Positions 1-12,400 of a stretch of 64,000 nt of DNA are shown piece after piece (the stretch's first letter is position 1; each line of letters begins with the position of its first letter). A model generated the notes under the pieces. It was not told the DNA's origin and did not search any database. It saw only the letters and a list, made by a program, of their open reading frames with translations. A program made the translations under genes and the position numbers. Source of the DNA: Owenia fusiformis (Eukaryota); contig CAIIXF020000001.1 of NCBI GenBank assembly GCA_903813345.2, positions 24,924,001 to 24,988,000 on the forward strand, written 5' to 3'.

Positions 1-3000
1 ACGCAACTACGGCAGATACTACAGCAGCTGATGCTACAACTACAGTGGCTGACACAACTAAAGCTGATGCTACAACAACAGTTGCTGATGCAACAACGGC
101 TGATGTTACAACAACAGTAGCTGACACAACCACAGTGGCTGATGCAACTACGGCAGATACTACAGCAGCTGATGCTACAAGTACAGTGGCTGACACAACT
201 ACAGCTGATGCCACAGCAACAGCTGCTGATGCATTAACAGCTGATATTACAACAACAGTAGCTGACACAACTACAATGGCTGACGCAACTACGGCAGATA
301 CTACAGCAGCTGATGCTACAACAACACTTGCTGATGCAACAACGGCTGATGTTACAACAACAGTAGCTGATGCAACTACAGTGGCTGACGCAACTACGGT
401 AGATACTACAGCAGCTGATGCTACAACTACAGTGGCTGACACGACTACAGCTGATTCTACAACAACAGTTGCTGATGCAACACCGGCTGGTGTTACAACA
501 ACAGTAGCTGACACAACTACAGTGACTGACACAACTACAGCATATACAACAGCAGCTGATGCTACAACTACATTGGCTGACACAACTTCAGCTGATGCTA
601 CAACACCAGTTGCTGATGCAACAACGGCTGATGTTACAACAACAGTTGCTGACACAACTACAGTGCCTGACGCAACTACGGCAGATACTACAGCAGCTGA
701 TGCTACAACTACAGTGGCTGACACAACTACAGCTGATGCTACAACAACAGTTGCTGATGCAACAACGGCTGATGTTACAACAACAGTAGCTGACACAACT
801 ACAGCAGATACAACAGCAGCTGATGCTGCAACTACAGTGGCTGACACAACTTCAGCTGATGCTACAACAACAGTTGCTGATGCAACAACGGCTGATGTTA
901 CAACAACAGTTGCTGACACAACTACAGTGGCTGACGCAACTACGGCAGATACTACAGCAGCTGATGCTACATCTTCAGTGGCTGACACAACTACAGCTGA
1001 TGCTACAACAACAGTTGCTGATGCAACAACGGCTGATGTAAAAACAACAGTAGCTGACACAACTACAGTGGCTGTCGCAACTACGGCAGATACAACAGCA
1101 GCTGATGCTACAACTACAGTGGCTGAGACAACTACAGCTGATGCTACAACAACAGTTGCTGATGCAACAACGGCTGATGTTACAACAACAGTGGCTGACA
1201 CAACTACAGTGGCTGACGCAACTACAGTGGCTGACGCAACTACGGCAGATACTACAACAGCTGATGCTACAAGTACAGTGGCTGACACAACTACAGCTGA
1301 TGCTACAACAACAGTTGCTGATGCAACAACGGCTGATGTTACAACAACAGTAGCTGACACAACTACAGTGGCTGACGCAATTACGGCAGATACTACAGCA
1401 GCTGATGCTACAACTACAGTAGCTGACACAACTACAGTGGCTGACACAACTACAGCAGATACAACAGCAGCTGATGCTACAACTACAGTGGCTGACACAA
1501 CTTCAGCTGATGCTACAACAACAGTTGCTGATGCAACAACGGCTGATGTTACAACAACAGTTGCTGACACAACTACAGTGGCTGACGCAACTACGGCACA
1601 TACTACAGCAGCTGATGCTACAACTACAGTGGCTGACACAACTACAGCTGATGCTACAACAACAGTTGCTGATGCAACAACGGCTGATGTTACAACAACA
1701 GTAGCTGACACAACTACAGTGGCTGAGGCAACTACGGCAGATACAACAGCAGTTGATGCTACAACTACAGTGGCTGACACAACTTCAGCTGATGCTACAA
1801 CTACAGTGGCTGACACAACTACAGCTGATGCTACAACAACAGTTGCTGATGCAACAACGGCTGATGTTACAACAACAATAGCTGACACAACTACTGTGGC
1901 TGACGCAACTACGGCAGATACAACAGCAGCTGATGCTACAACTACAGTCGCTGACACAACTTCAGCTGATGCTACAACTACAGTTGCTGATGCAACAACG
2001 GCTGATGTTACAACAACAGTTGCTGACACAACTACAGTGGCAGACGCAACTACGGCAGATACTACAGCAGCTGATGCTACAACTGCAGTGGCTGACACAA
2101 CTACAGCTGATGCTACAACAACAGTTGCTGATGCAACAACGGCTTATGTAACAACAACAGTAGCTGACACAACTACAGTGGCTGACGCAAATACGGCAGA
2201 TACAACAGCAGCTGATGCTACAACTACAGTGGCTGACACAACTACAGCTGATGCTACAACAACAGTTGCTGATGCAACAACGGCTGATGTTATAACAACT
2301 GTAGCTGACACAACTACAGTTGCTGATGCAACAACGGCTGATGTTACAACAACAGTTGCTGACACAACAACAGTGGCTGACGCAACTACGGCAGATACTA
2401 CAGCAGCTGATGCTACAAGTACAGTGGCTGACACAACTACAGCTGATGCTACAACAACAGTTGCTGATGCAACAACGGCTGATGTTACAACAACAGTAGC
2501 TGACACAACTACAGTGGCTGACGCAACTACGGTAGATACAACAGCAGCTGATGCTACAACTACAGTGGCTGACACAACCTCAGCTGATGCTACAACTACA
2601 GTGGCTGACACAACTACAGCTGATGCTTCAACATCAGTTGCTGATGCAACAACGGCTGATGTTACAACAACAGCAGCTGACACAACTACAGTGGCTGTAG
2701 CAACTACGGTAGATACTACAGCAGCTGATGCTACAACTACAGTGGCTGACACAACTACAGCTGATGCTACAACAACAGTTGCTGATGCAACAACGGCTGA
2801 TGTTACAACAACAGTAGCTGACACAACTACAGTGGCTGAATCAATTACGACAGATACTACAGCAGCTGATGCTACAACTACAGTGGCTGACACAACCACA
2901 GCTGATGCTACAACAACAGTTGCTGACACAACTACAGTGGCTGCTGCAACTACGGCAGATACTACAGGAGCTGATGCTACAACTACAGTGGCTGACACAA

Positions 3001-3447
3001 CTTCAGCTGATGCTACAACTACAGTGGCTGACACAACTACAGCTGATGCTACAACAACAGTTGCTGATGCAACAACGGCTGATGTTACAACAACAGTAGC
3101 TGACACAACTACAGTGGCTGACGCAACTATGGCAGATACAACAGCAGCTGATGCTACAACTACAGTGGCTGACACAACTTCAGCTGATGCTACAACAACA
3201 GTTGCTGATGCAACAACGGCTGATGTTACAACAACAATAGCTGACACAACTACAGTGGCTGACGCAACTACGGCAGATACTACAGCAGCTGATGCTTCAA
3301 CTACAGTGGCTGACACAACTACTGCTGATGCTACAACAACAGTTGCTGATGCAACAACGGCTGATGTTACAACAACAGTTGCTGACACAACTACAGGTGA
3401 TTCTACAACAACGTCCAATCCTACGACTATGGTTCCTGTAACAACTG
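1..3447 (+). CDS. Mucin repeat exon A (3' part), Thr/Ala/Asp/Val repeats
   Basis: Open frame of [12 protein letters not shown] repeats from the window edge; ends ...MVPVTT-G at phase-1 donor G|GTATGT (3447/3448). The ORF tail to 3521 is intron read-through. Confidence 0.85.
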
Positions 3448-6400
3448 GTATGTACTGTTGCATGACTATTTTCACCAAATTAAAGTTTGGGTGCACATAC
3501 ATATCAATGACTGCAGCATAAAAGCAGAACTACTGAATAGATTCTTATTGCATTGGCGTCTGAAAGGGGAGGGCGTTGGGGGCGTTAGTTTTTATTATTG
3601 GGAATGTTGTGTTGAGATATGTTCAGAATGCACCAGAGAGGGTCTAAATTTTTTATTTTCTGTGGGGCATCCACGCTTCACGCACGACCCGGCCATATCC
3701 AAAAGTCACCCACTCCCTTGGAAAATCCTTCTGACGTCCATGTTATGGTTATATATTTTACACTGTGGCTAGTCGATATATGTGGATGCAGTCAGGCACA
3801 TGTAATGTTTCGTGAGTGCCCGCCTCTGTACTTTTCAATTGAAGAATTTTGCACTTCTGTTTAAATACTCTATATTTACTCATCCGTTTATATCATACTT
3901 CATTGATTTACAAAACCAATGGTACGCTATTAAACACATTCTCTGATATTTTTACGGAGAATAGATAACTCAAACGAGTTCACTCGACCAGTTTTATCAT
4001 CTCGCTCATAGCTGTGAGGAGGTATGTATAATTTGCCATAGGTTTACCTTATAATGGGGAATAAAAATTCAAGTAATACAATTATTTCACATACACAAAT
4101 ATGTCTGTGTGAAGTAAAATACAAATACAATGCGTTTTATAATATTTTTGGCGTTATGGTATGAAATATCCGCTTTAAAAAAGTAATTTAATTATGATGT
4201 ATCATGTGGATTAGTAGACGTTCTTAATGGATTCAATGAACAGACTGGCTAGGTTTTAATTGAATCATTTTGAATGTGTGTATTTTTAATATTTTAATCC
4301 ACAGTGTCCAAAAACAATAATAATGCTATATTGGTAATTGGAAAGATTCCACTTACCACGATTTCAAAAAAAATTGTAAATAGATAATATTATTCTTGAA
4401 TTTGGGTCATTTGTTTCAAGGAATCTGTAGGCTCATTCAGCTGAGCTGACAAAATCATCAAGATTTACGGATGGTCCATCTGTTGGCCAAGTCGGTATTT
4501 ATTTACTTATCTGATCTTGAATTATTACCACCTTGTACAATCCAATGCATCATCACTGATATTATGCTAAGTTATTCAGCGGTTCCGAGATTCCCATAAT
4601 ACCTACGCTACCTATTATAAGGGTATCGCGAAACCTTATTGATTGACAAAATCGCATGGACACGACCTGTGACTTCAGGCTGATTGACCAATCAAAACGT
4701 TATCTGATCTGATCGAGTGTTTCTTGAGAGTTACAATATATTATGTTATTAAATGTACATTGGTATGTAAGCAGTCATTAATACTCGTATAAATGATATC
4801 ATGCAATTCAATGTTGATTCAAAATCAAAACTGAATTCGCGATGGAAATGCACGAAGACCTAGTCCGGCAATGTAGGGCCGTCATTGATTGTAGTGCAGT
4901 CAGTTAGGTCAATAAAATCATAGAATTGCACATGCTATATATAAAGCACCATTTTTTGACCAAAGTATCTTTGGTACATATATTTTTGATATCTAACGAA
5001 GTTGTGTTGAAAAGTCCTCTAAATTGATGATAGCATGCCTCGAAAATCTTGCCCATTTACATTGAGCTCCATGTTAATTCATCAATCTTCAAAAGACCCC
5101 CTGCAGAACAGTTCTAAAGTAATAAAGCCCATATTCCTAGTATCTTACAATAATATAATTATCTTCAAAATAAGAAGGGTTGTTTTTTTTCTTTTGCCTA
5201 GTTCCAAAGATATTGGCATTTGAATTTTGGAAAATCCCCATTGGCTGCCATTATAAACTGCTATCAATATAGCTTTATTAAAGTGTCCTTTTCTCAAAAA
5301 GTCCACTATGAAATTTTCTAATATTGTAGATTTCTATTGTTAATATATTGACTTAAAAGAAATCAAACAGGCACATTTCTAAAAATTTCTTATTTTTAAT
5401 ATATGTAGCCGTTAAGTTGTATAAAAAAAACTATATTGAGCCCTATGTTAATTTATCAATCTTCAAAAGACCCCCTGCAGAACAGTTCTAAAGTAATAAA
5501 GCCAATATTCCCAGCATCTTACAATAACATGATTATCTTCAAAATAAGAAGGCTTGTTTTTTTCTTTTGCCTAGTTCCAAAGATATTGGCGTTTGAAATT
5601 TTGAAAATCCCCATTGGCTGCCATTATAAACTGCTATCAATATGGCTTTATTAAAGTGTCCTTTTCTCAAAAAGTCTACTATGAAATTTTCTAATATTGT
5701 AGATTTCTATAGTTAGTATATTGACTTAAAAGAAATCAAACAGGCACATTTCTAAAAATTTCTTATTTTTAATATATTTAGCCGTGAAGTTGTATAAATA
5801 ACCTATATTGAGCCCCATGTTGATTTTCAAAATTGAAACGCCAATATCTTTGGAACTAGGCAAAAGAAAAATAACAACCCTTTTTATTTCGAAGGTAATC
5901 ATGTGATTGTAAGATACTAGGAATATGGGGTTTATTACTCTAGAACTGTTCTGTTTTATAGATCGAAAAATTAACATGGGGCTCAATATAGTTTTTTGTA
6001 CAACTTAACGAAAAAATATATTAAAAATAAGAATTTTTTAGAAATGTGCCTGTTTGTTTTCTTTTAAGTCAATATACCAATTATAGAAATCTACAATATT
6101 AGAAAATTTCATAGTAGATTTTTTGAGAAAAGGACACTTTGATAAATCTATATTGATAGCGGTTTATAATGGCAGCCAATGGGGATTTTCAAAATTTCAA
6201 ACTCCTATATATGGAACTAGACAAAAGAAAAAACAACCCTTCTTATTTTTGAAGATAATCATGTTATTTTAAGATACTTGGAATATGGGTTTTGTAACTC
6301 TAGACCTGTTCTGCAGGGGGTTTTATGAAGATTGTTAAATTAACATAGGGCTCAATATAGGGTTTTTATACAACTTAACAGCAACATATATTAAAAGTAA

Positions 6401-9400
6401 GATTTTTTTAGAAATGTGCCTGTTTGAATTTTTTTGAGTCAATATATTATCTATAGAAATCTACAATATTAGAAAATTTCATAGTGGACTTTTTGAGAAA
6501 AGTACACTTTAATAAAGCTTTATTGATAGCAGTTTATAATGGCAGCCAATGGGGATTTTCCAAAATTCAAATGCCAATATCTTTGGAACTAGGCAAAAGA
6601 AAAAAAACCTTCTTATTTTGAAGATAATCATATTATTGTAAGATGCTAGGAATATTGGCTTTATTACTTTAGAACTGTTCTGCAGGGGGTCTTTTGAAGA
6701 TTGATAAATTAACATAAGGCTCAATATAGTTTTTTTATACAACTTAACGGCTGCATATATTAAAAATAAGAAATTTTTAGAAATGTGCCTGTTTGAATTT
6801 TTTAAGTCAATATATTAACTATAGAAATCTACAATATTAGAAAATTTCATAGTGGACTTTTTGAGAAAAGGACACTTTAATAAGCTATATTGATAGCAGT
6901 TTATAATGGCAGCCAATGGGGATTTTCCAAAATTCAAATGCCAATATCTTTGGAACTAGGCAAAAGAAAAAAAACCTTCTTATTTTGAAGATAATCATGT
7001 TATTGTAAGATGCTAGGAATGTGGGCTTTATTACATTAGAACTGTTCTGCAGGGGGTCTTTTGAAGATTGATAAATTAACATGGGGCTCAATATAGGTTT
7101 TTTATACAACTTCACGGCTAAATATATTAAAAATAAGAAATTTTTAGAAATGTGCCTGTTTGATTTCTTTTAAGTCAATATATTAACTATAGAAATCTAC
7201 AATATTAGAAAATTTCATAGTGGACTTTTTGAGAAAAGGACACTTTAAAAAAGCTTTATTGATAGCAGTTTATAATGGCAGCCAATGGGGATTTTTCAAA
7301 TTTCAAACTCCTATATCTTTGGAACAAGGTAAAAGAAAAAAAACAACCCTTCTTATTTTGAAGATAATCAAGTTATTGTACCATACGAGGAATATTGGCT
7401 TTATTTCTCTTTAACTGTTCTGCAGGGGGACTTATGAAGATTGCTAAATTAACATGGAGCTCTATGTAAAAGTGCAAAATTTTCGAGGCCTGCTATTATC
7501 AACTGGGGTCACTTTTTACCACCACTTCGTTAGATATCAAAAATATATGTATTAATGATACTTCTGTCAAAAAATGGTGCTTTATATATAGCATGTGCAA
7601 TTAAAAACCTAACTGACTGCACTATTGGTCAAATTTTACCGACAAAAACATTGGGTCGCTAAAGCACGTGGCTTTCTCTTGGGTACAAGGCGGTCATAAT
7701 AGATATCAAGATAAGTAAGAGACCGACATGGGCAGGGCTATGAAACTTGATTTGTGGATATTCCAGTGGGTTGATGGGTCTTTGGCTCTGAATTTACTTC
7801 ATTGGCGTACCTAATTTCAACATTTTCATTGTCATCATTACATGTTATGGACCCGTTTTTCAAATTAACAGTATTTGGGATAAAACCATAGTTTTTTTCA
7901 TCTGTAATGGCATTTTCCAGTTGATGGGTTTATATATAATATTTTCAATTCTTCATGAGGGTGTGTTGTAATGGTGTGGCTAATTACTTTACTGAATGAG
8001 GAATGTTTATCCAAACAATGCCATGGATACAAAGAAAATCTGGCCAGTAGTCCATCAGTAAATAAATCATCATGATAAAAGTATAATTTATTGTAGCATC
8101 CATTTGTTACCGTTCTGAATCCAAATGATACATAGTGGCATCCATTTTATATATATATATGTTGACGTTTACGAAATGTTTTTCAAGTATCTTCCCTATA
8201 ACAAGAATATGGTAGCTGAAACTTTCACACATTGTCATACTATGTATATTGAATATGTATGCAAGATTTCAAGTCACAATGTTAAGTAGAAACTCTGAGA
8301 TCACTTACCTCGATTTGCTGTCATATTTTTGCAATGATCCCATTCCCTATAATGTACGCGAGCACCCACGATACATTGCATATAAATGATTGCATCCACA
8401 TAGATCGACTAGCCACAGTGTTTTAACCATATCTTGGCACTTTTTCTGTTTTGGACAATAAAAAAATGAAAATATTTATTTCCACTGTTTCTTGGTAGGA
8501 GGGTGCGAGAGGTACTATGCTTTTCAGTGATTTTATTCACTGCCCAAGTGTTCAACTCAATTAGAAAAAATAACCAGATTGGTGAAATTAAATAAAGTTC
8601 AATTTAAGACTTCAAATTGAATTGATATAGATAGTTGAATAAAGAGCTTCAAGTAAAGTAAATGAGTAAGTACCTGAGAAAGTAGCTGAGTAACGGTTAT
8701 ATTGTACGTAGTAATCAAAAACGATTTGCTATTACCTATAACTTAAAGTTTTTTCAAGATTTCAAAAGGTCATAGATCCTAAATTTTAAGTCTGATTTCA
8801 GATTCGTAATCCTGAGTAAATATCCTTTTAAACTGATAGCAGTGACAATAGATTTGGAACACTTTGATATTCACCCTTTTTGGGAATCAAATATTTAAAA
8901 TCCGCAAAAATTATCGAACAACGGATGGGTTGACTCAAAAGCGCTCTTTCTGAGCAATACGATGAATAAATCGAGGGAAATGATAAACCCTAAGAAAGAT
9001 ATTGACCAATTAAAAAGTTGACCTAGATTTTGACCTTTAAACTGGGTATAAATTTGACCTAATTTCCGAGAAGGCCAGACACATACCCTAACTAATGATA
9101 TAACTAGATTTACCCAAAGTATTCTGGTTACTGAGAAAAAGTGCTGAGATAAGATTAGTAACAAGAGTTTGACCTTGACTTCTGAGCTCAAAAAATTTGG
9201 GGTTAATTGACATGCTTATGTTCCCAATCAAGCGTTTTCATATATATTAAAGTGAAAATAATGATTTTTTTAATTGTTCTTTAAGGAGAACTTTATTTTT
9301 ACCGTCTCTCCGGACGCCATATCTCAAAATCGGTAAGAGTAATCAAAAAATGACCCATGCATTCCTAATTAGGTTTATTTCAAAGGAATACAATAAAACA

Positions 9401-12400
9401 TAAATCGAGACGGAAAATGAAGAATTACGGAGAAAAATGGTGAAATACGATTTGTCCTACCTATTGACCTTTGGCCTAAATAAAAATTGACCTAATTTTC
9501 GAGCTCAACCCTAAAATAACCATGTAAGCAGGTTTAAGTTAGTTCTTCGAGTTTGGTATTTTGAAAATAGTTAATACTATGAAAAGAATAGGTAACATGC
9601 TTGTTTTTTACAAGGAGGTTACTAGAATAGTATCACCGTGACCAAGTGTTAACAGTGGAGATTGTCCCGGACTAGCCTGCCTTGTATTAAATGAATACAT
9701 CGATTCATAAGGAGAGTACTCACAATGTGTGCGAAAACCACAAATTAAAAGAGCTTAAATAAGTAGCAATTGACCGAATAATTTTTTGGGAATTAAACTA
9801 TTTGGACGTGTCCAAAAATATCCCTTCCCCATCGTTAACTCTACTTTCTCCATTTACAGTCATCTATAAAGATAAAGATAGTTAGAATATAAACACGATC
9901 TTTAAAGTAGTGAATATTATTCCACGTTGTTGAATGGATTGTTTGTTTTAACTTAATTAGATAACACTAAATACACATTTGGTATATATTTCTGGCATTT
10001 TTGATATAAAATTGCGAGTACTATGAAGTATGATCGCCAAAATAGATACTATATCGTACGTGGGTATGAAGAAGAACATCTTATAATTAGGTAGAAGTCA
10101 AGTAATGCTACTTTGTAAAATATAGAATATTCTTACCGTTTTGTTCCATTCCGACGAATGTCGTATTCCATGCTCTTACAAAACACATCTAAATCGTTTG
10201 AAAAACGTCCGGAACATTCTCCATTGTTAAAAGTTGAGCACCCTGTAATATTGTCTCATATAAAAAGCGTCCAAGTGAAATGAATTTCTCATTTGCCTTT
10301 TTTCCATATGGTGTCTTCTTTAAAATAATATTTATTGGCATTGCTATCTTATGCCCCATAAATAATATTAACATCGGGTATTCTTAACATAGAGGTCAAT
10401 GTCAAGTTATAGTTGAACTAAACATGGATATTCATGTGACATCGGGATTGAGAGGGTAGAATACTGGAAGCAATATTCTATTTCTTAGAATACCTCACAA
10501 ATTGCATACCTAAATTCAAAAGAATTTTTCGCCTAATACGATTCAACGTCACAGAACGCCTATATATTCTAACGATGAATGTGGGATGTTACATTGACAG
10601 TTATCAAAGAATTACTTAGTTCACACGCATGACGTTAAAATGTCTCATTACCTCGATTATATATTTAGTATGAAAAAGTTTAAAGTCCAAATTCCAATTG
10701 TGAAAAATGATATGGCTAAAACTGCTAAATTGCAAGTTGGTCTCTGGTACACCCAGTTTTTGCCACTATAGAATGCAGCGTGCTTTAATCCAAGAGAATT
10801 TCCCCCGGAGCTATAATCGGTATTTGAGCCATTGAAATGGAAAGAGAATTCCTATTCTTTAAAAATGTTCTAGGCGTAGCCAGGCATTATGTGGGCGAAA
10901 CAACTGCCTTACAAGATTTTACAGAAATATATTAATTCAGACACTATTCAACTAAATGTTTACCTGATTTAAATTAAATTTACCCTGTCTGAGTATTCAT
11001 CCTAACTAGGCCTCAGCAAGTTATCGTTAACAATTTATTTGAAGAGATGTAGGCACTCGTGCAAAAAATCAAACAATCATGCATACGAAAGAGATCAAAC
11101 CACTTCCGTATGGTTACGGTGGACGAGAAATAATGGCAAAAAATCAAGTAAGAATGGTACCACCATTTTTAAGTCGTATTTGTAAAAAAATGGATGTGTA
11201 TAGTTAAAATTAAAACAAGAATGGGGTCATATAATCAATTTCATGGACGCGAGAAGTCAGTTAAGAATAAAAATAAATCGTATAAAGTATATTTTCCACA
11301 GGAAAATGAAGTGGGGGATTCCCAGCTGACCAAGTTCAGCTGATCCGGTGTACGTATTTAACTAGGAGTAGCCTGTCGAGTTATTATTGACTTAGTAGTC
11401 GGCTTTTGTATTTAAATATTTACATGTATTCTCTCTGAAAACCGTTTCAGACCGATTTGATGTTATTGTGGCTGTGAAATGGGAATTCTTTAGCCCATAA
11501 ATACGAGTCTTTTGATGAACTTCCTGGCACACTATAGTCGCTGGCGTATAATTACCGAGCTAGTACAAATATGCACAAGTTTTTATTTCTTAAAAACGTT
11601 TAGAATTTTGAAAAATATTTTAAAAAGTGGAATAGTGTGATAATTTTACGGTCACAATCCTGACATAAGATTATAAATCATTATCAAAGCAACTTATTTA
11701 GAATATTGAATGAAATTCCGATGCTTTGTACAAATACTCTGTAAACCTTTTATGCTACTGTACCACACCCAATATAAATCCTGAACTTTCATGAATGGAT
11801 TAACGATGTTTCATTTCAAAAGGCTAAAGACCACGCCAGTAATTTACGATGGTTGTATCATCAGGAAGCTTCGTAATGCAAGTAAAATATCGAAATGGTT
11901 AAAACAATCAGAATGGATATTACAGCATACAAAAACGAAACATTGGATTATTTACATTTGATAATCTTAAATATATCAAAAAGAAGCGAGATTAACAATC
12001 ATTAATATGCCGCCTATTCTTTGCCAAACACTGAAGATGATTTGGCATGGTATATTTCTGGCAACACTTATGACAGCGCTAGTCGGTAAGTTTTATAGAC
12101 ATGTGAATTGGAAGCATCACAATCCGAAATCAGAGGGTAACATTTGAAATCATAATTAACTAATTAGCCTTTTGCTATAATTTATAGACTCGCCACTATT
12201 CATCTGATAATAACTGAATAAGTATTTGGATTAGCTGGGCTAGGTCAACAATTAATTGATTGTATCATTTTTAGAATCAAAATCATTTTACCAGCAAATT
12301 GTCAAATATTTGAAAGCTCATTTTATTTGCAAAATGGCATATTAAAGGAAGTTATAGGGTTAAAGTGACATATAATAGGACTTTACATATTATATAACGG

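Noticed and set aside
3448-3521. ORF-track C-termini GMYCCM... (and SMYIQ... at 39458-39546) as real protein ends
   Set aside because: Both begin at strong GTATGT donors that splice in phase to the next exon; intron read-through is the simpler explanation.
4300-4316. CACAGTGTCCAAAAAC as a V(D)J-like RSS (also CACTATT...ACAAAAACA near 7620-7650)
   Set aside because: Heptamer-nonamer spacing is neither 12 nor 23 bp and no partner end was found.
5035-7414. Family of similar 62-86 aa ORFs ([15 protein letters not shown]...)
   Set aside because: Chance frames in the 370-bp repeat of the foldback element; starts, frames and ends vary between copies.
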